Notes under the pieces: model-generated
What the model was told of the DNA's origin: nothing
The model's input: the letters and a program-made list of their open reading frames with translations, nothing else
Databases searched by the model: none
Made by a program: the position numbers and the translations under genes
Shown: positions 1 to 18,517 of the stretch, one piece after another
Numbering within the stretch: position 1 is the first letter of the stretch
Layout: every line of letters begins with the position of its first letter
Source of the DNA: Bigelowiella natans CCMP2755
Taxonomy: Eukaryota > Protista > Cercozoa
Reading direction: 5' to 3'
Assembly: GCA_000320545.1 (NCBI GenBank)
Contig: ADNK01003223.1
Span: forward strand, 1 to 62,004
DNA: 62,004 bases

Positions 1-49
<49 letters not shown>

Positions 50-106
50 CTCTATCTTCATGTGTATATATTATGATTGTCATAGTAAGATATCGTTATT
101 CGGCAG

Positions 107-456
107 GTTCAAAAATTGAGAAAGTTACAAAAATGGGATACAAAGATATCGATTTCTTGGTAAATGTCGTCGTCGTCGTTTTACGTAGGAAATATGTCAT
201 TCTTCTTGTTCTTCATCCTCCTCGTCAATCTTTGAGTATCTTGTCCATCCGCTCTATTGTTAATTCGACAACGCAAGCTACAGATCAAGAAAACATGCAT
301 GAATACCAAATACTCATTGTTTAATCATCGTCGTCATCATTATCATCACCGCCGTGTTCTTATTACCATCCCCCTCCCCCTCCTCCTCCTCCTCCTCCCC
401 CCTGCACTACTTGGTAGTTGTTCCTCACGAGAGGATCATCGTCGCATCCATGGATG

Positions 457-490
<34 letters not shown>

Positions 491-992
491 ACTATCAAAA
501 TTATCGTCATAATTATCATCATCAGCATCATCAACACAATAATCTAATTCTGCTACTAACTATGTATATATCACCATTGATAATAACAGGAAGGAGCTTA
601 AAGATGTATTCGAGTCACTTGGATTCAGCACGTTTGAACAGCAAACATGCATGTAATAATAGCCTATTACTAGTAATACTGTTCTCCTGCTAAGATATAT
701 GTGTTTTGTAACGTATGCTGCTTGTGTTGTTGGTATAGCATTTCTTTAATACCTCTCTGTAAATCAATGTTAAAGTAATTGTGAAGTGTTGATGATGACG
801 ATGATGATGATGATGGCATATGAGCTTCATCATTATCCATCATCATCACCATCATCATCATCATCATTATCATAATCGTACTATCTCAGGAAAGAATTGT
901 CAAAGCTTGGTATGATACGTGCAGAGAAGGAGCGAAAGGTAGTTGTAGTAGTAGTAGTAGCGGTAGGTAGCCGCAATATGCTGCTGCTGCTG

Positions 993-1031
<39 letters not shown>

Positions 1032-2321
1032 CTCTTATGTATAAAAAGCAATGAATCAGTTTATGCTAAACCCGATCGATCATATCATCATCATCGTCAT
1101 CATCTATCTAAGGTTCAAGAGAAAGGCGGGTCCAATTTTTGGGTACGTACAGAGAATGATAATAATTGCACTGATGGATATGTGTAATGGCCACGAGATG
1201 ATGAAAATAATGCGATCACTCATCATATCACAAATCAATATCGTCGTCGTCGTCGTCGTCATAGGTTGGGCAGGAAGTAGAATACCTATCACGAACACGA
1301 GGTGATTGAGAAGAAGAAGAGGAGAAGGGGGGGGATGGTAACTAGAAGATGAGAAGCCAGAACAATTGTAAAGTTGCTCAATAGTAGTAGCAGTAGTTGT
1401 AGAGAAGGTGTATAATGAGTAACGACATCGCCATCATTACCATCACCATCCTCATCATCATCACCATCATCATTATTATTATTACTATGATAATTAACAA
1501 CCAATAACAGGCGATTGGCATCCTGCCACTATCAGGAACATTAGAGATGATGGGTATATTATTATTATTATTAGTAGTAGTAGTAGTAGTAGTAGTGTGA
1601 TCATTATTTATTATTTTTATTTTTATTATTAGTAGTAGCAGTAGTATAGTAGTGGTGGTGGTGGCAGCAGTAAATAGTAATAAATATTGTTTTTGTTGCC
1701 GTTTGTTTTTCCTTTCTTCTCTCTTATTATCACCAGTCCATTATAATTATTATTCTTATTCTTATCAATCTTATTAAACGACTCTTCTAGATCCTGTTTG
1801 GTCAAGCTAAAAGCAGGAGCGGTAATAAGTAAAGAGCAGCAGCAATTATGATAATAGAATCGTGATCATCATTATGCTTGAATATAATAATAACAATAAT
1901 TATATTAATAGGTTAAGATCGCTCTTCCTACGATGCTGCGTGCTTCTGCTGCTTCTCCGAACTCTATGGTAGTTAATTAGCAATACAATTACTAAAGTAG
2001 CAATGTTTATTATTTTTATTATTATTATTATGGTGGTGGTGGTGGTTCTCTTTGTTGTTCTTGATGATAAATGATTATATAGTATAAACTGCAGGATATT
2101 GCGGAATCCTCTTCTACAAACAGCCCTTCATCCCGTGAGTCACAGCAGCAGCAGAGTGTGTTGCATGGAATGCTGTATATAATGTGCATTACATATAAGC
2201 ATGCGATGTGTGTGTGTGTGTGTGTGTGTGTGTGAGTCATCATCATCTTTCTGTGCTACTTCTTACTGAATCAAAAACTACTTTGACGACGACGTCGTAA
2301 AACACATAGAAGCAGCAAGAG

Positions 2322-2358
<37 letters not shown>

Positions 2359-2408
2359 TGTGTGTAGCAACAAACAACGTCTAATAATTCATAATACACC
2401 ACCACCAA

Positions 2409-2441
<33 letters not shown>

Positions 2442-2738
2442 ACTACCAAATAGCAAACAGTGGTGCTAGCAAGAAGCAGAAGAACTCCAAGGTCGGAGAA
2501 GTGGTGATCAACCTACTCAGGGCCTTGGTAATGAATGGAATACTACGTCAGCGACATCATCATCATCATCATCATCCGTGCTATTATTCTTCTGCTAATT
2601 GATATAGGAGAATATCAATATTGTTGTCCCTCACCAACTATATCATCATAATCATCATCTGCTACTGCTGCTGCTGCTGCTGCTGCTTTAAACACAACAC
2701 AAATAGGGATTTGATGAGGATGATGAGACTGGCTTTTG

Positions 2739-2770
<32 letters not shown>

Positions 2771-3775
2771 TGTTGTAGTAAAGCGACGAATGGTTGATGT
2801 TGATGAAATGGAGTAGTAGTTTACAACGTAATAAGTCTGCCCTGATATACTGCTGCTGCTAATGATGATGACTAGGCTTGTGCTTAATGATGAGTCAAAA
2901 GTCGAAGCATGCCGAGAAGTATTTAAGGTGCAAATACTGGTTCTACTTAGTATAAGTAGTAGAAAATAGTACACACTACAGTGATTGCGAGAATAGATAC
3001 TAGTGTTATCGACGAGAACGTGGATGGAATGAATGGGAGTATGATGCCAATATCTGCTGCTGCATGAGTCTCTGTTTATTACTACATAGTTCTTCTTGTT
3101 CTTGTTGTTCTTATATACATGATCATTGCTGATTAATGCGTCTTTTTAACAACACAACAGGAAGTCAAACAAATTCAGAAGTCACCTAGGAACTACATCC
3201 AAACTCACACTTCTGTTCAGGAGAAGACAAATGGTAGTATCTAGGCAATGATAGCGATGATGATGATGATGATGATGATGATGATAATGATGAGGAGGAT
3301 GATGTTGTGCAAACACGAATAGATGGTGAAAATGAGGAGGCAATGGAAGGAGACGATGAAGAATCGTCATCTATGGTAGAAGGCGTTGGTCTTCCAAAGC
3401 TTGAACGACAGGTAGTAGTAGGATTATTGAAGGATCATCATGATGATGACGATGATGATGATGATGATGAGAAGGCTATTCAGCACTGCCCTGTTGTCAT
3501 AATAATTGTCATCATCATCGTCACTGTCATTGCACGTCACCATCGCTGATTAACGACGACGAGTAGTAAATTTGTTCCCCTTTGAAAATGAACTACTAAC
3601 AAAAATAGCTCTCAACAAGAAGCATTTGCGAGGAGGCTTTCAAGGATGCTTTGCGGTACAAAACTATTGCTGCGGCTGCTGCTGCTGCTACTACTACTAC
3701 TGCCACACTACCACTAATAAATAATACGTTACAACAACTGCTACTGCTGAATTGGTGACAACAACAACACTCTTT

Positions 3776-3807
<32 letters not shown>

Positions 3808-3885
3808 TTTATCATCATCTTTATTATTATCAGATATGCAAGCGGGCTGTATGGATCAGTATCAAAGGAATGGGTTCTAGGTAGG

Positions 3886-3919
<34 letters not shown>

Positions 3920-3973
3920 TTACTACTACTACTTGCTATTGCTGTTGGTATCGTTATTACGACCACATCATCT

Positions 3974-4009
<36 letters not shown>

Positions 4010-4284
4010 GTATTAATATCATTGTTGTTATTTACTCACTAATATCAGGATGCTTGCAGAATCTCTACATGCTGCATTCTGAGGCAATGCGTACAAATAG
4101 TAATATAACAGCAGCAAGAGGAGGAATAGGGGTCGGAATGGTTGGAGAAGGGGGAGGGGTATCATCATCGAACACGGCGTCAGACATGGACAGGCTCAGA
4201 TTGCAGCTTGAAGCAAAATATGCCCAGGTTGTGTATGTTAGTATGTGTGTGTGTGTGTGCTTGCGCGTGTGTGCCTGTCATCCA

Positions 4285-4316
<32 letters not shown>

Positions 4317-4587
4317 TAAAATGATTAGTTACAAATCATTCTTTAGCAATCTTTTCTTCTTGTTCTTGTTCTTGTTCTTGTTCTTATTGTTCTTGTTCTT
4401 CTCTTCTTCTACTACTTCCCATGCATGCATGATAGGATTTGGAGTCAGAGAAAAAAAGGTAGTAGTAGTAGTAGTTGTAGTAGTAGTAGTAGTAATGATG
4501 GATAATGATCCATCGTTTATTCTTTCTGTTACCTGTTATCAGAGATGATGCGTTGTGCATATGCATATTTCAATCGTGAAACACCAC

Positions 4588-4618
<31 letters not shown>

Positions 4619-4818
4619 GCTATTATGCTGCCTCCTCCTCCTCCTTCACTACTCCCTAAATCATAGGCTGTATGAGGCCTCCATGCAAATTATTCAACAT
4701 GCGGAACAAAAGGTTTTATTTGCAGTTATTAGTTATTTATTAATTACTACCATCAGTTAACAAACAGCTTCTTGTTCTGCTCACTGCTCACTTAATCATG
4801 TGAATTATCCGTGTTAAT

Positions 4819-4851
<33 letters not shown>

Positions 4852-5521
4852 TGTATTATGTCTGTATTACATTTGTATTATTTTTATCACAGGGTAACGT
4901 AGCTCAGCTACCGGAGGAGAAGCAGGTATAAATAGCAGCAGCAATCACTATTAGATGAGAAGGGTTCAGGAGGAGGGGGAGGAAGAGGAGGAGGGGGAGG
5001 GGAAATGGAGGAGAAGAAGGAGCCCTTCCATGATGTTTAATTTAAACCGAAAATATCCTACTACACAAACGAGCATATACGCGCACATTTCCATTTCAGA
5101 GAGGAGGGGGGAGAGAGAGAGATTTCAATTAAATTACAATTACTGCTACTATCGTAGCTATATGCCTCCAATATAAAAAGGTGATGGTGCTAACAACAAC
5201 CTGCACCACCATATTGTGATGACAATGATGATAATATCACTTGTAGTCGTTCCTGTGTCCTTCACAGCAAACAACAACAACAACAACAACCACAGGCAAT
5301 TCAGTCTGGAAGATTCATTCGCATTAAGTTATGGCCTACGTCCACATATGATCCAAGCAATCCAGGTTCGTACCACTATAAATACTACTACTACTACTAC
5401 TACTACTACTGAACTTGACGATATGGCATCATCATCATCATCATTAAATTATCGTGCAATTCAAATAACTCTCTTCACTGCTTGAATCATAGCTGTACTT
5501 TCTTAATGCTTGTATCTTCTT

Positions 5522-5552
<31 letters not shown>

Positions 5553-6554
5553 TCGTTATCTGGTGCTTCTATGATGAACAAAAAAAAGGCCAATACCATT
5601 TCCGCCTTGCTGAATCTCAATTTTTTCGGATGATGGGGTCACAGGCTAATTTGTATAAGGTAATGATGATGATGATGATTATGATGATTATGCTGATGAT
5701 GATGAGCATACTTATAATTCAACAACTGTTACAGGTCCAGCAAGTGGAATACATAGTCAATCCAACTTTAATCAAGGTTATAAGCTGCTAGTAACTAGTA
5801 GCACAGTTACATATTATGAGAATAAGAATAAGAATAAGAAGAAGAAGAAGAGGTCACCCTACCCTCAACTGCTGTCGAGCCTACCCCTCTCTCGTTAGTG
5901 AGTTACGAATTTCTGTGATGTTCATCATGATGATCGTGATCATCTCATTAGGCTTATAACTCGTATAAGAGTCAACTCATATCACAGGGACGGGTATATT
6001 CATATGTTTCTGTACTATTAGTAGTAGTAGTATCAACAACAACACATAACACTATATATATATATTGATATTGATATATATGATATATATATATCGAATT
6101 TATTTATCATCATCATCAGCAGCAGCAGGAACAACAACAACAGCAACAACGTTATCATTTGTTAGCATCAGAATCCCCATATTATTGCTTCATCAGATTG
6201 GAGTTTCAAAGCCCATTGAAGAGAGGCTAGCATTCCACGGTACGTACGAACCTATTGGTTTGGGGGGAGGGGGGGGTTCAATGCACAACAACACACGTTT
6301 CTGCTGCTGCTGCTGCTGCTGCTTACTTCTTCTTCTCTTATGAATAGGAACATCACAAGAAGTTATGGAGATCATTCTCAAGACAGGGTTGTTATTAATA
6401 ATCAATAATATATAATATACAGTCAATCCAATACTCTTGTTACTGTTGCTGTGTTTTACATATCTGATATTCAATCGATATTGGAAATTCTCTGTTGTTA
6501 ATATGACCTATGTTGCCCTCCTCACAACTACTAGCACACACAAACACACACGTG

Positions 6555-6592
<38 letters not shown>

Positions 6593-6942
6593 TGGTTACT
6601 ACAGGTTCAAAATAGGTGGACAAGGAGTCGCCATTGCAAGTGGAGCTGCTTACGGTAGGAAGAAGATGCTGATAGTGATGATGGTGATGATGATGGTGAT
6701 GATGATGGTAAAAATTTTGATTGATTATGGCGTTTATAGTGATGATCGTAAAAATGTTGAATAGGCTACGGCGTCTATACTTCCGAGGAGCCAGCATTCG
6801 CTCTTCGATATATCAAAACCACGGGTAGTGTACTTGCTCATTGCTGCTGGTTGTGAGAATTGACCGCATGATGAGATGTAAGAGATAATAGATCACATGC
6901 AACAAGCATCTTATCTTGTTAAATTGTATAACAGTCTTGATA

Positions 6943-6977
<35 letters not shown>

Positions 6978-7715
6978 ACCCCAAAAATCATTGAACTAAA
7001 TTGCACAAGAGGGATGTAGTATAAATGTACTTACATGATTGTGTTTTCTGCTCTTTTGTTGATGGGTATCTTTCTGTTTGCCCTTGTTGATAATTTCTTC
7101 TTTTTCTTCTTCTTCTTTATCACAAAGGTCTCACTTCTCTCCTGTTTTGCAAGGTGTTCTTTATTGCTTTGTTGTTTGAGTGGTTTGAGTTGTTATTTTA
7201 ACAGGATAATAGAGGGGTGGGGAGGCAGTTGTAGTACTACTACTATTGACATATACTATGTAGTAGGATCTCTTCTTCTACTACTACTGCTACTACTGCT
7301 ACAACAAACTACTTCTACTACTACTACTACTACAGGTTCTTATTGACCCTGCAACGAAAATCGTTCAAAGTCAGAACAAAGGTCGTCATCACCTAGAGTA
7401 TTCGCTGCATGTACGTTTAGAAGAGCTATTCTCAAAACACTTTTTGATCTTTTCTTGGCTACACTTTATTAGGCGCCATCCAGCAGATTATCTCACCAGA
7501 TAAACGTCAGGTTTGTTCCTATGGTTTTCTACCACAGAAGAAGCATCGATTACACATGTAGACACCTTGCTCCGAGTAAATCAAATAATATGGCAAACTG
7601 ACATTGTCATTTAAAGCAAGCTAAAAGAGGAACTATGTCATTAAAATCCAGAATCAAACTAACACCTAATGCTTAGGTCCTTCCTAGCTACCTGGTGCAT
7701 TTTACGAGGCGCTAA
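107..7715 (+). CDS. PARP-like (diphtheria-toxin fold) ADP-ribosyltransferase, multi-exon, 5' end outside window; possible Tudor/Agenet-like motif in N-terminal part
   Basis: Short GT-AG exons splice to ...VQQVEYIVNPTLIK-AYNSYK...PIEERLAFHG-TSQEVMEIILKTG-FKIGGQGVAIASGAAY-GYGVYTSEEPAFALRY...GAIQQIISPDKRQ-VLPSYLVHFTRR* (stop 7713-7715). This matches the PARP catalytic motifs FHGT, YGxGVY, ALxY and QVxPxYL. An upstream exon near 1511 reads DWHPATIRNIRDDG. The N-terminal exon chain is less certain. Confidence 0.8.
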
Positions 7716-7779
7716 TCATTCATGTAACTGACTCGAATTGAGGACTTCTCTGTGGAGATTGCACGGTTTCTTTTTTCTT

Positions 7780-8778
7780 CATTGGACAAAACAAACGTAG
7801 CATCTAGGCACAGGGTAGTAGTCGCCCATTGCAGTTTTGTCATCACACTGTGTTCCTTGCAGCAATTCTTTGCTCCTTGGCAGCACTTACAACAACGATC
7901 GTCAATTGAAGTTTGGCCATCGTGAAAGCCATTTTGTGCAATGCACAGTCTAGCAGTGCTGACTGCCTTGCATGCTCATTCTAGCATTTCTGTACGTAGT
8001 GCCACACCTAGCTAGACATGTTGCCAAATTGCACAAACGGCGGATGCCGTCTAATTCGCATTGCAGGAACATCAAATGAAACCACGGTGCGCTGCATCAA
8101 GCATTGCTAGATTGGCTGCGCTTCATCATGAATCAGTCATCATCGTTCTAGCGTTCTACGTTGCCATGTGGCTAGATAGCTAGATAGGTTGCAAATGGGC
8201 GACAGCAACGATGATGAACATGACCGGCTGATGTGTGCGCAATTAGCAGAATATAAGCATGCATGCGCCAGGCAGTTGCGTTGCCATGCTAGCATGCTGG
8301 CATGACGACCACAAAACCATTGACCATTCGCTAGCATTGATGGAGTGCAATGTGATTTGCTAGCTAGTTTGTTCGTTCATCGATCGACATCACATCCGGC
8401 GGCCCACAACAACATCGCTTTCACAACTCGTGGCTTTCTAGCTTTGCACAGCCACAGCACAAGAATGACCATTGAAAAAGTCTAACGTGTTCATTGCATC
8501 CGACAATAAAAGATTCAACATTAGCGCTGCATAGCCACTGCATTGCACAGCTCTAGAGCTACATGAGGATGACCATTGAACAAATTTGATTGATTCATTA
8601 TTACATCCGCTAGTCCGTCTTGCTAGCTTGCATCCGTCTCATGAGACGGATGCAATCTAGCAATGAACAGCATTGAAAATTTCCAATGGTCATCCCAATG
8701 TGGCCATACAACAAAATTGGCGGCCATAGCGCTCAAATTGTGTCTTGTGAGCGGCGTAATGAATACTAGCATGTCTAG

Positions 8779-8811
<33 letters not shown>

Positions 8812-8930
8812 GTTGTTGTTGCATGTGCGTGTGCGCGGATGTGGATGATTTGTTGCCGCACAATCTAGCAATGTGCGTTTGCACAAATTCATTTTGATGT
8901 AACAATGTGCAGTATCTCTAGATCTGTTTT
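7780..8930. other. TpA-depleted, CTAG/CATG/TGCA-rich intergenic island (between convergent 3' ends)
   Basis: Most surviving TA dinucleotides are in CTAG, CTA or TAG; CATG, TGCA and GCTAGC are dense; no credible exons. Confidence 0.75.
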
Positions 8931-9030
8931 GCCCAGAAAAGAAGATATTCCATGAAAATAACTTGACTTCTCGAAGCTTATGCTAGGGTACTTAATTGAG
9001 TAGCTTGCACGTTGATAAATTAGTCTTAGT

Positions 9031-11851
9031 TTAAAGAGCTATGCACTTCGGTGTTTGATCAGAGTCCATCGGAGCCTTTAATTTCCCTCTCAATGAAGAG
9101 ATAAAATCGTATCAAAAATCTTTCATCGAGTACTTGCTGTCTTCATTTACCTTGAGCACAAACTCGAGAATATCCTGTGTGCAGATGTTATTATTACATC
9201 CCCTATACTTGTACTACGAAATGATACTTTAGAATCGTCTGATCAATTCAAGACCGATGATGACGACACCAAAAATGGCTCATCACGTGTGTATACTACC
9301 TTGTTAAAACGTTCAGCATCTTCCCAGTATAACCAATGTCCATAGTTATCGTAGTAAATGTTCTTCGCTGTTTTATAAAGGGATGATTGATGAACATCCA
9401 AAGAATTAATCATGTTATAGGATAAGGATATTAGCACATATCATTTATCATCTGCATTAAGTACGTGCAACTATTACTACTACTAATACCATTTGGTGCG
9501 TTTTCTCCAATATACTCCATTCCCTGGATATTGTGACATTTCGTAGAGCCTGCAGCAGAATAGAGAGGAGGAGAGTAGTTATGCTTATGCAATGTGCGTG
9601 TGTGTTATGACGATGACTCTTTTCAGGGCTATCATTCCAAGAATGTAGCAATGGACGATTATGATGATGATTATGATGATGCTGATGCTGATGCTGATGA
9701 TGATGCTGATGATAATGATAACGATGTTTATAATCAACATGAACATCGGTTGTCGTAGAAGAAGAAGAAGAAGAAGCACAACTCTATTCGAGTATTGGCT
9801 AAACACAAGTACAAAGCAATAAGATGCACTTGATGAAGAACACAGTAGGAGTCTTCCTTCTACTACCTCCAATCATGTTTAGGATAGGGAGATCCATCTT
9901 CGGAACTAAGTCTCTGAGGAAGAAACCAAAAAGGGAGGGGTCAAGAACAACAAGTAGGAGAAGAAAAGAAAAAGAAATCAAGAGGCGTAAGTATTTTTTG
10001 TGTTTCTAGATTTATTTCCATGCACTTATTATTATTACTACTTACCAGCATGTGCTTGATAGACGTGAAAAACCATACATACATACACATACATACATAC
10101 ACATACATACATACACATCATTATACATACCGTAGATCAAGATTAGCGTGGTCTTCCATTAGCCTACCACAGAACTCCAAATCACATTTTTTGAATTGGT
10201 TCAAAAACCTGATTAGCAGGACCTTTTAACTTGATAATACAAGAATTTGCATCAACAAACAATAGTAGATTTTAAACAAAATCGATAGAGGAAAGGAGGA
10301 TGGTAAGAGGAGGAAGAAGAGAAGGAAGAAGAGGCCTTGATTATTCTCATATTCTGTCCGCTTGCACTCGGTACACTTATTTGACATATGCGTGATCACC
10401 ATCATCAACAACAGCAACAGTACCACTATCATCATCACAACGTCTACCACTACCAGGTGTATTCCTCCTCTGATGGGGGTTCTAATCCAAACCTATGTGG
10501 TGTATTATCATGACGATTATGATGATGATAACGATGACGATGATGAGGATTTTGGTTATTATGTGCAGATCTACTAATAAGCAAACATAATTGAAATCGT
10601 AATCGACTAGAAATACGAATTCTACCTAATTTTTTGACGTTCTATGGCGCAAAACCTCATCATCAATACATCATATAATCCTCGTCCTTCTCCTCATCGT
10701 CATCATCATCATCATCATCATCATCGTCATCGTTATCATCATCATCATTATACTGAATTCTAGATGATGATGATAATACTCTGACCCTCCGGCTGCAACT
10801 GCGCGGCCACATCCATCAGGATCATACTTCAATTGCGCCTTGTAATAGTAGTAGTAGTATAATAGTTAATGTTGTTGTTTACCGGAAGATTAACAAAATT
10901 CCATAAGAACAACAATGGGATCGTAGAAGTAGAAGGAGAAGGAGAAGAAGAAGAAGAAGAAGAAGAAGAAGAAGAGACATCAACTCAAAGGGCTTTTAGA
11001 AGCAATAACAGGGGGAGGAGAAGTCACACTTACCAATTATTAGTAAGTAGACTGCTACTACTACTACTACTGCTACTGCTACTACTACCACCACTATTAC
11101 CTGAAGATCTGCCACCATTTCCCTTGTGCATCCTCCTAATGAGCTACATAAATACATACATACGGCCATCATCATCATTATCATCATCATCATCATCGCT
11201 TAAGGCTGACGAATAACTATGTACCACCATCAATTATTACCCTAATCCCCATCCTGGTTTAATATATTGAGCTGCTGTTTGATCCACGAATGCCGCAGCA
11301 CAGAGACTGCATTATTGTCCATTAAAATGATGATGATTATCACAAAGAAGACTCCCAACCAAAAGTTTGGTACTAAAAATGGAAAGAATATATTGAATGT
11401 AAGTTATACGAGTATCGAGTTCATAAGAATCACCATCAGCACCATCATCGATAGTATCTATCTTGTGTAGCGGCGAACGATGATTCATGGCGATTGTTGT
11501 GATGATAAGATCAGCTGACTACCGATGCTTCTGGAAGAGCTCGTAGTACAACGAAATCACCGTAAATCTAACAATCCATACGGCTTAGCATGATGATGAG
11601 GAGGAGGTCGTTGTCGTGTCGTAATTAGTGTCATTATGTGATGCAAAGTGACAGCACATACCCCATTGAGGTGCCACAAAAAACTGCATCTTCCAAGTCC
11701 AGGTAATCAACAAGATTCTATTCGATAAGAATATTTTGCATCATACATCATCAATTTGTAACAATCATTTGTCGTTGATTGAGTGCTCTCGAGTACAACT
11801 TATTCACAGCAGAACAGACGCAGTTGCATGGGTATCAATGTTATATATCAT

Positions 11852-11894
<43 letters not shown>

Positions 11895-12515
11895 GCTACC
11901 TTGACATCCTTTGAAATCCTCGCTACCCGTGCCCCATGGCCACAATGTTCAGAATCCCCCATTCCCCTACAAGCGGTAGTAGTAGTCGAATCTACACCAT
12001 CAGCAATGTAGTTTGAATTCTATCATTAAATTTATTATAATAACCTGTAGTCCATTGTGATGACTCTTAGCCCCCCGTTCTCGGCCAAGGATTCGACGTT
12101 CTTTCAACATTAATTAACCACAGGAAACACACAATTTACAATGGAAATGATGCTATAAATAATACGGGATGTGTTACCACTTATACATCCTGATGATGAT
12201 AATGATGATGATAATGATGGTGCGGATACCTTGTCAAACCATCTTCCATTTGCTGTCCATCCTAGATTAAGTGATGTAATAAAAGTCGTGGTGATTGTGT
12301 TTTCTATCGTCATGATGACTTTTGATATGACTGTTCGCAACTGGTAAGAAATAAATTAAGATAATACCATGAAGTAAAACAAGAGGATTTCCATCTCCGC
12401 CAGTATCCGTGTATCTTAAAGAAACCCCATCGTCAGTAGTCAGTCGGAGATCGTTGTGTATTATTTGTGGGACGCAAGATCCAAAATGTCTTGAGAGCAT
12501 CCTCCTTGGAGCCAT
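9031..12515 (-). CDS. alpha/beta-hydrolase fold protein (non-heme haloperoxidase/esterase-like), multi-exon
   Basis: Spliced exons: MAPRRMLSRHF...LRYTDTGGDGNPLVLLHG-WTANGRWF...RVITMDY-RGMGDSE...AVFCGTSMG (GxSxG nucleophile elbow)...DLVPKMDLPILNMIGG...YGHWLYWEDAERFNK (catalytic His)-DILEFVLK. The last exon is uncertain. Confidence 0.85.
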
Positions 12516-13042
12516 CTGCTACATACAAATAGTTTATGAGCGGCGCTGATGATGGAGGAGCGTTGGGGTGAAGAAAATAGTAGTAGCAGTGACTGATCTA
12601 TTCGAGGTCACCATCATCATCATCTTTTTCATCTTTCTCGTCGCCTGTGTACTGTCCCCCCTCTCCGTCGTCAAGTAGGGTAGTCTAAGATCAAAATGAG
12701 CATCCACCGAAAAACAAGCTGCGACAACAGAAAACTCACTAAATTACCTACATGTGACCACCGATTTAAACATAACGACATACAGAACACTCAGATTGCG
12801 AATTTTGAAATGTCGATGATAATGTTTTGCATGTGCGACATGGAACAACAGGTACGAGCGTAGTCGTGAGGTCGTATGGTCATATTTTGTACGTGCGACA
12901 ACCTACATGAGTTGTCGTAAGGCGTGTTAGTCACACAATGGGCTCATCAGTTCGGCCGGAGATTAAATGATTTCTCCTGCCTCAAAACCCACAACTGCGT
13001 GGACAACTCGTAAATCGTCTGGTCTTTCCGGATAGTTCCAGT

Positions 13043-16996
<3,954 letters not shown>

Positions 16997-17149
16997 TTGC
17001 TGATTACTCCAACAAAAGAATAATGCTGTACTTATTGCATACCAGATCACCATCTCTATGCAAATGCTATATATCTTCACTGTCATACTAGTTTTGCCCT
17101 TAGTTAGCAGCTCTAATGCACATGCACATCTGCTATGAATATAGATGAC

Positions 17150-17620
17150 GACGGCCGGCGCCGATTCGCAGCTGTGATTACAATATTTTTGTTTGCGCTG
17201 CCGCGCCACGAGTACACACACACACACACACACGTCTAGATGTATATGTGTGTCGTGTACGTGTGTATGTGTGCCTGTACGCTTGATGTAGTGCGCACAC
17301 AAGTACATATCTAGATATGATCATTGCTAGATTGTGCAGCTGCCACATATGTAGCTTGACATGTGCCTCTGTCATGTGATATGTATATGCCATGAAGTGT
17401 GTGTTGTGTACATGCGCATAACATCATCTGTCGCAACCGCAAATAGCAGTTACGCACACATGCTAGCATGTAGAGTGTTGATTGGCTTGATGAAACAATG
17501 GTCTAGCTTGTGTGTGGTCATCACGCTCACTAGTGTACATGTCATGCGCTAGATCTAGAGATATGTGCGCGCGCGCACACACACATACACCTACACACAC
17601 ACATACACATGTTTAGATGC
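17150..17620. other. Weaker CTAG/CATG/TG-rich intergenic island (convergent 3' ends of FKBP-SAHH and Whirly)
   Basis: Repeated TCTAGA, GCTAG, CATG and (CA/TG)n; TA loss is only partial. Confidence 0.5.
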
Positions 17621-18021
17621 GTGTCACACTTGCTATTCCGACAAGTGCGAGCAGGAGGATTTGACAGATTGCCCAGTAATCTAAAGGTGACTTCCCCATA
17701 TGTCTGCAGCTGGAATTGATGGTGATGATGTTGATGATGATCGTTGTGATGATGCTACTCCCTCGGCTGAGCTTTCTTCTCTGTTGTTCTGTCAAGTAAC
17801 ACAATTTGTTATCAGTCAATCTGCTCAAAACCCTCCTCCCCCCTCCCCCCCTAGCCTCCCCTAGTCTCTCCCTCCCTCATATCATCAATCTTTGTGAAAT
17901 CATCAAATCATACTAAGAATGCGTATTTGTTTTGTTGTGAATACTGGTTTAGTGAGCTACAGCACCGTTTGTCCATATCATCGCAGAAACAAGAGGAAAG
18001 AACAAACAACAGAGACAGCTA

Positions 18022-18484
18022 CTACTGTAATTTCCCTTCACAATTCCTAAAACTCCTCCCTCCTCCTCTTTCGGCGTCTATCTGATTAGATTTATCCCCT
18101 CATCTTTCCAATGTTCAGTGTTTCTTTTACCGAGTACGAGGAGGGGGAGGAGGCAAGAGAAACATCTGCCTGTAAAACCTGCAAGTAAAAATCCCAAATG
18201 AGTAGTAAAAGAGTCAGTATTATCATCATAATTATCATCAATGATTATGATGATGATGATAATGATGATGATATGCATCATGATTTCTCGTTTTTAAATG
18301 ATATTTTTTTAAATGATAATTATCACTTCCCCCATCCCGCCCTAGTTGTCCTCCCTTCCCCCCTTCTTTCTTTCTCAGTGATATCGTAGAAAAACACCTT
18401 GTCCCAGGCGAGTAGGTATGGAATGGTGAAGTTAAGTAGTGACCGAATGACAGCAAACTACATATGTGATGATAATGATGATGG

Positions 18485-18517
<33 letters not shown>

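Noticed and set aside
7780-8930. Explaining the islands by ordinary CpG methylation decay or fungal-type RIP
   Set aside because: CpG is still common in the islands (CGCG, GCGC, CCGG), and C>T processes create rather than remove TpA.
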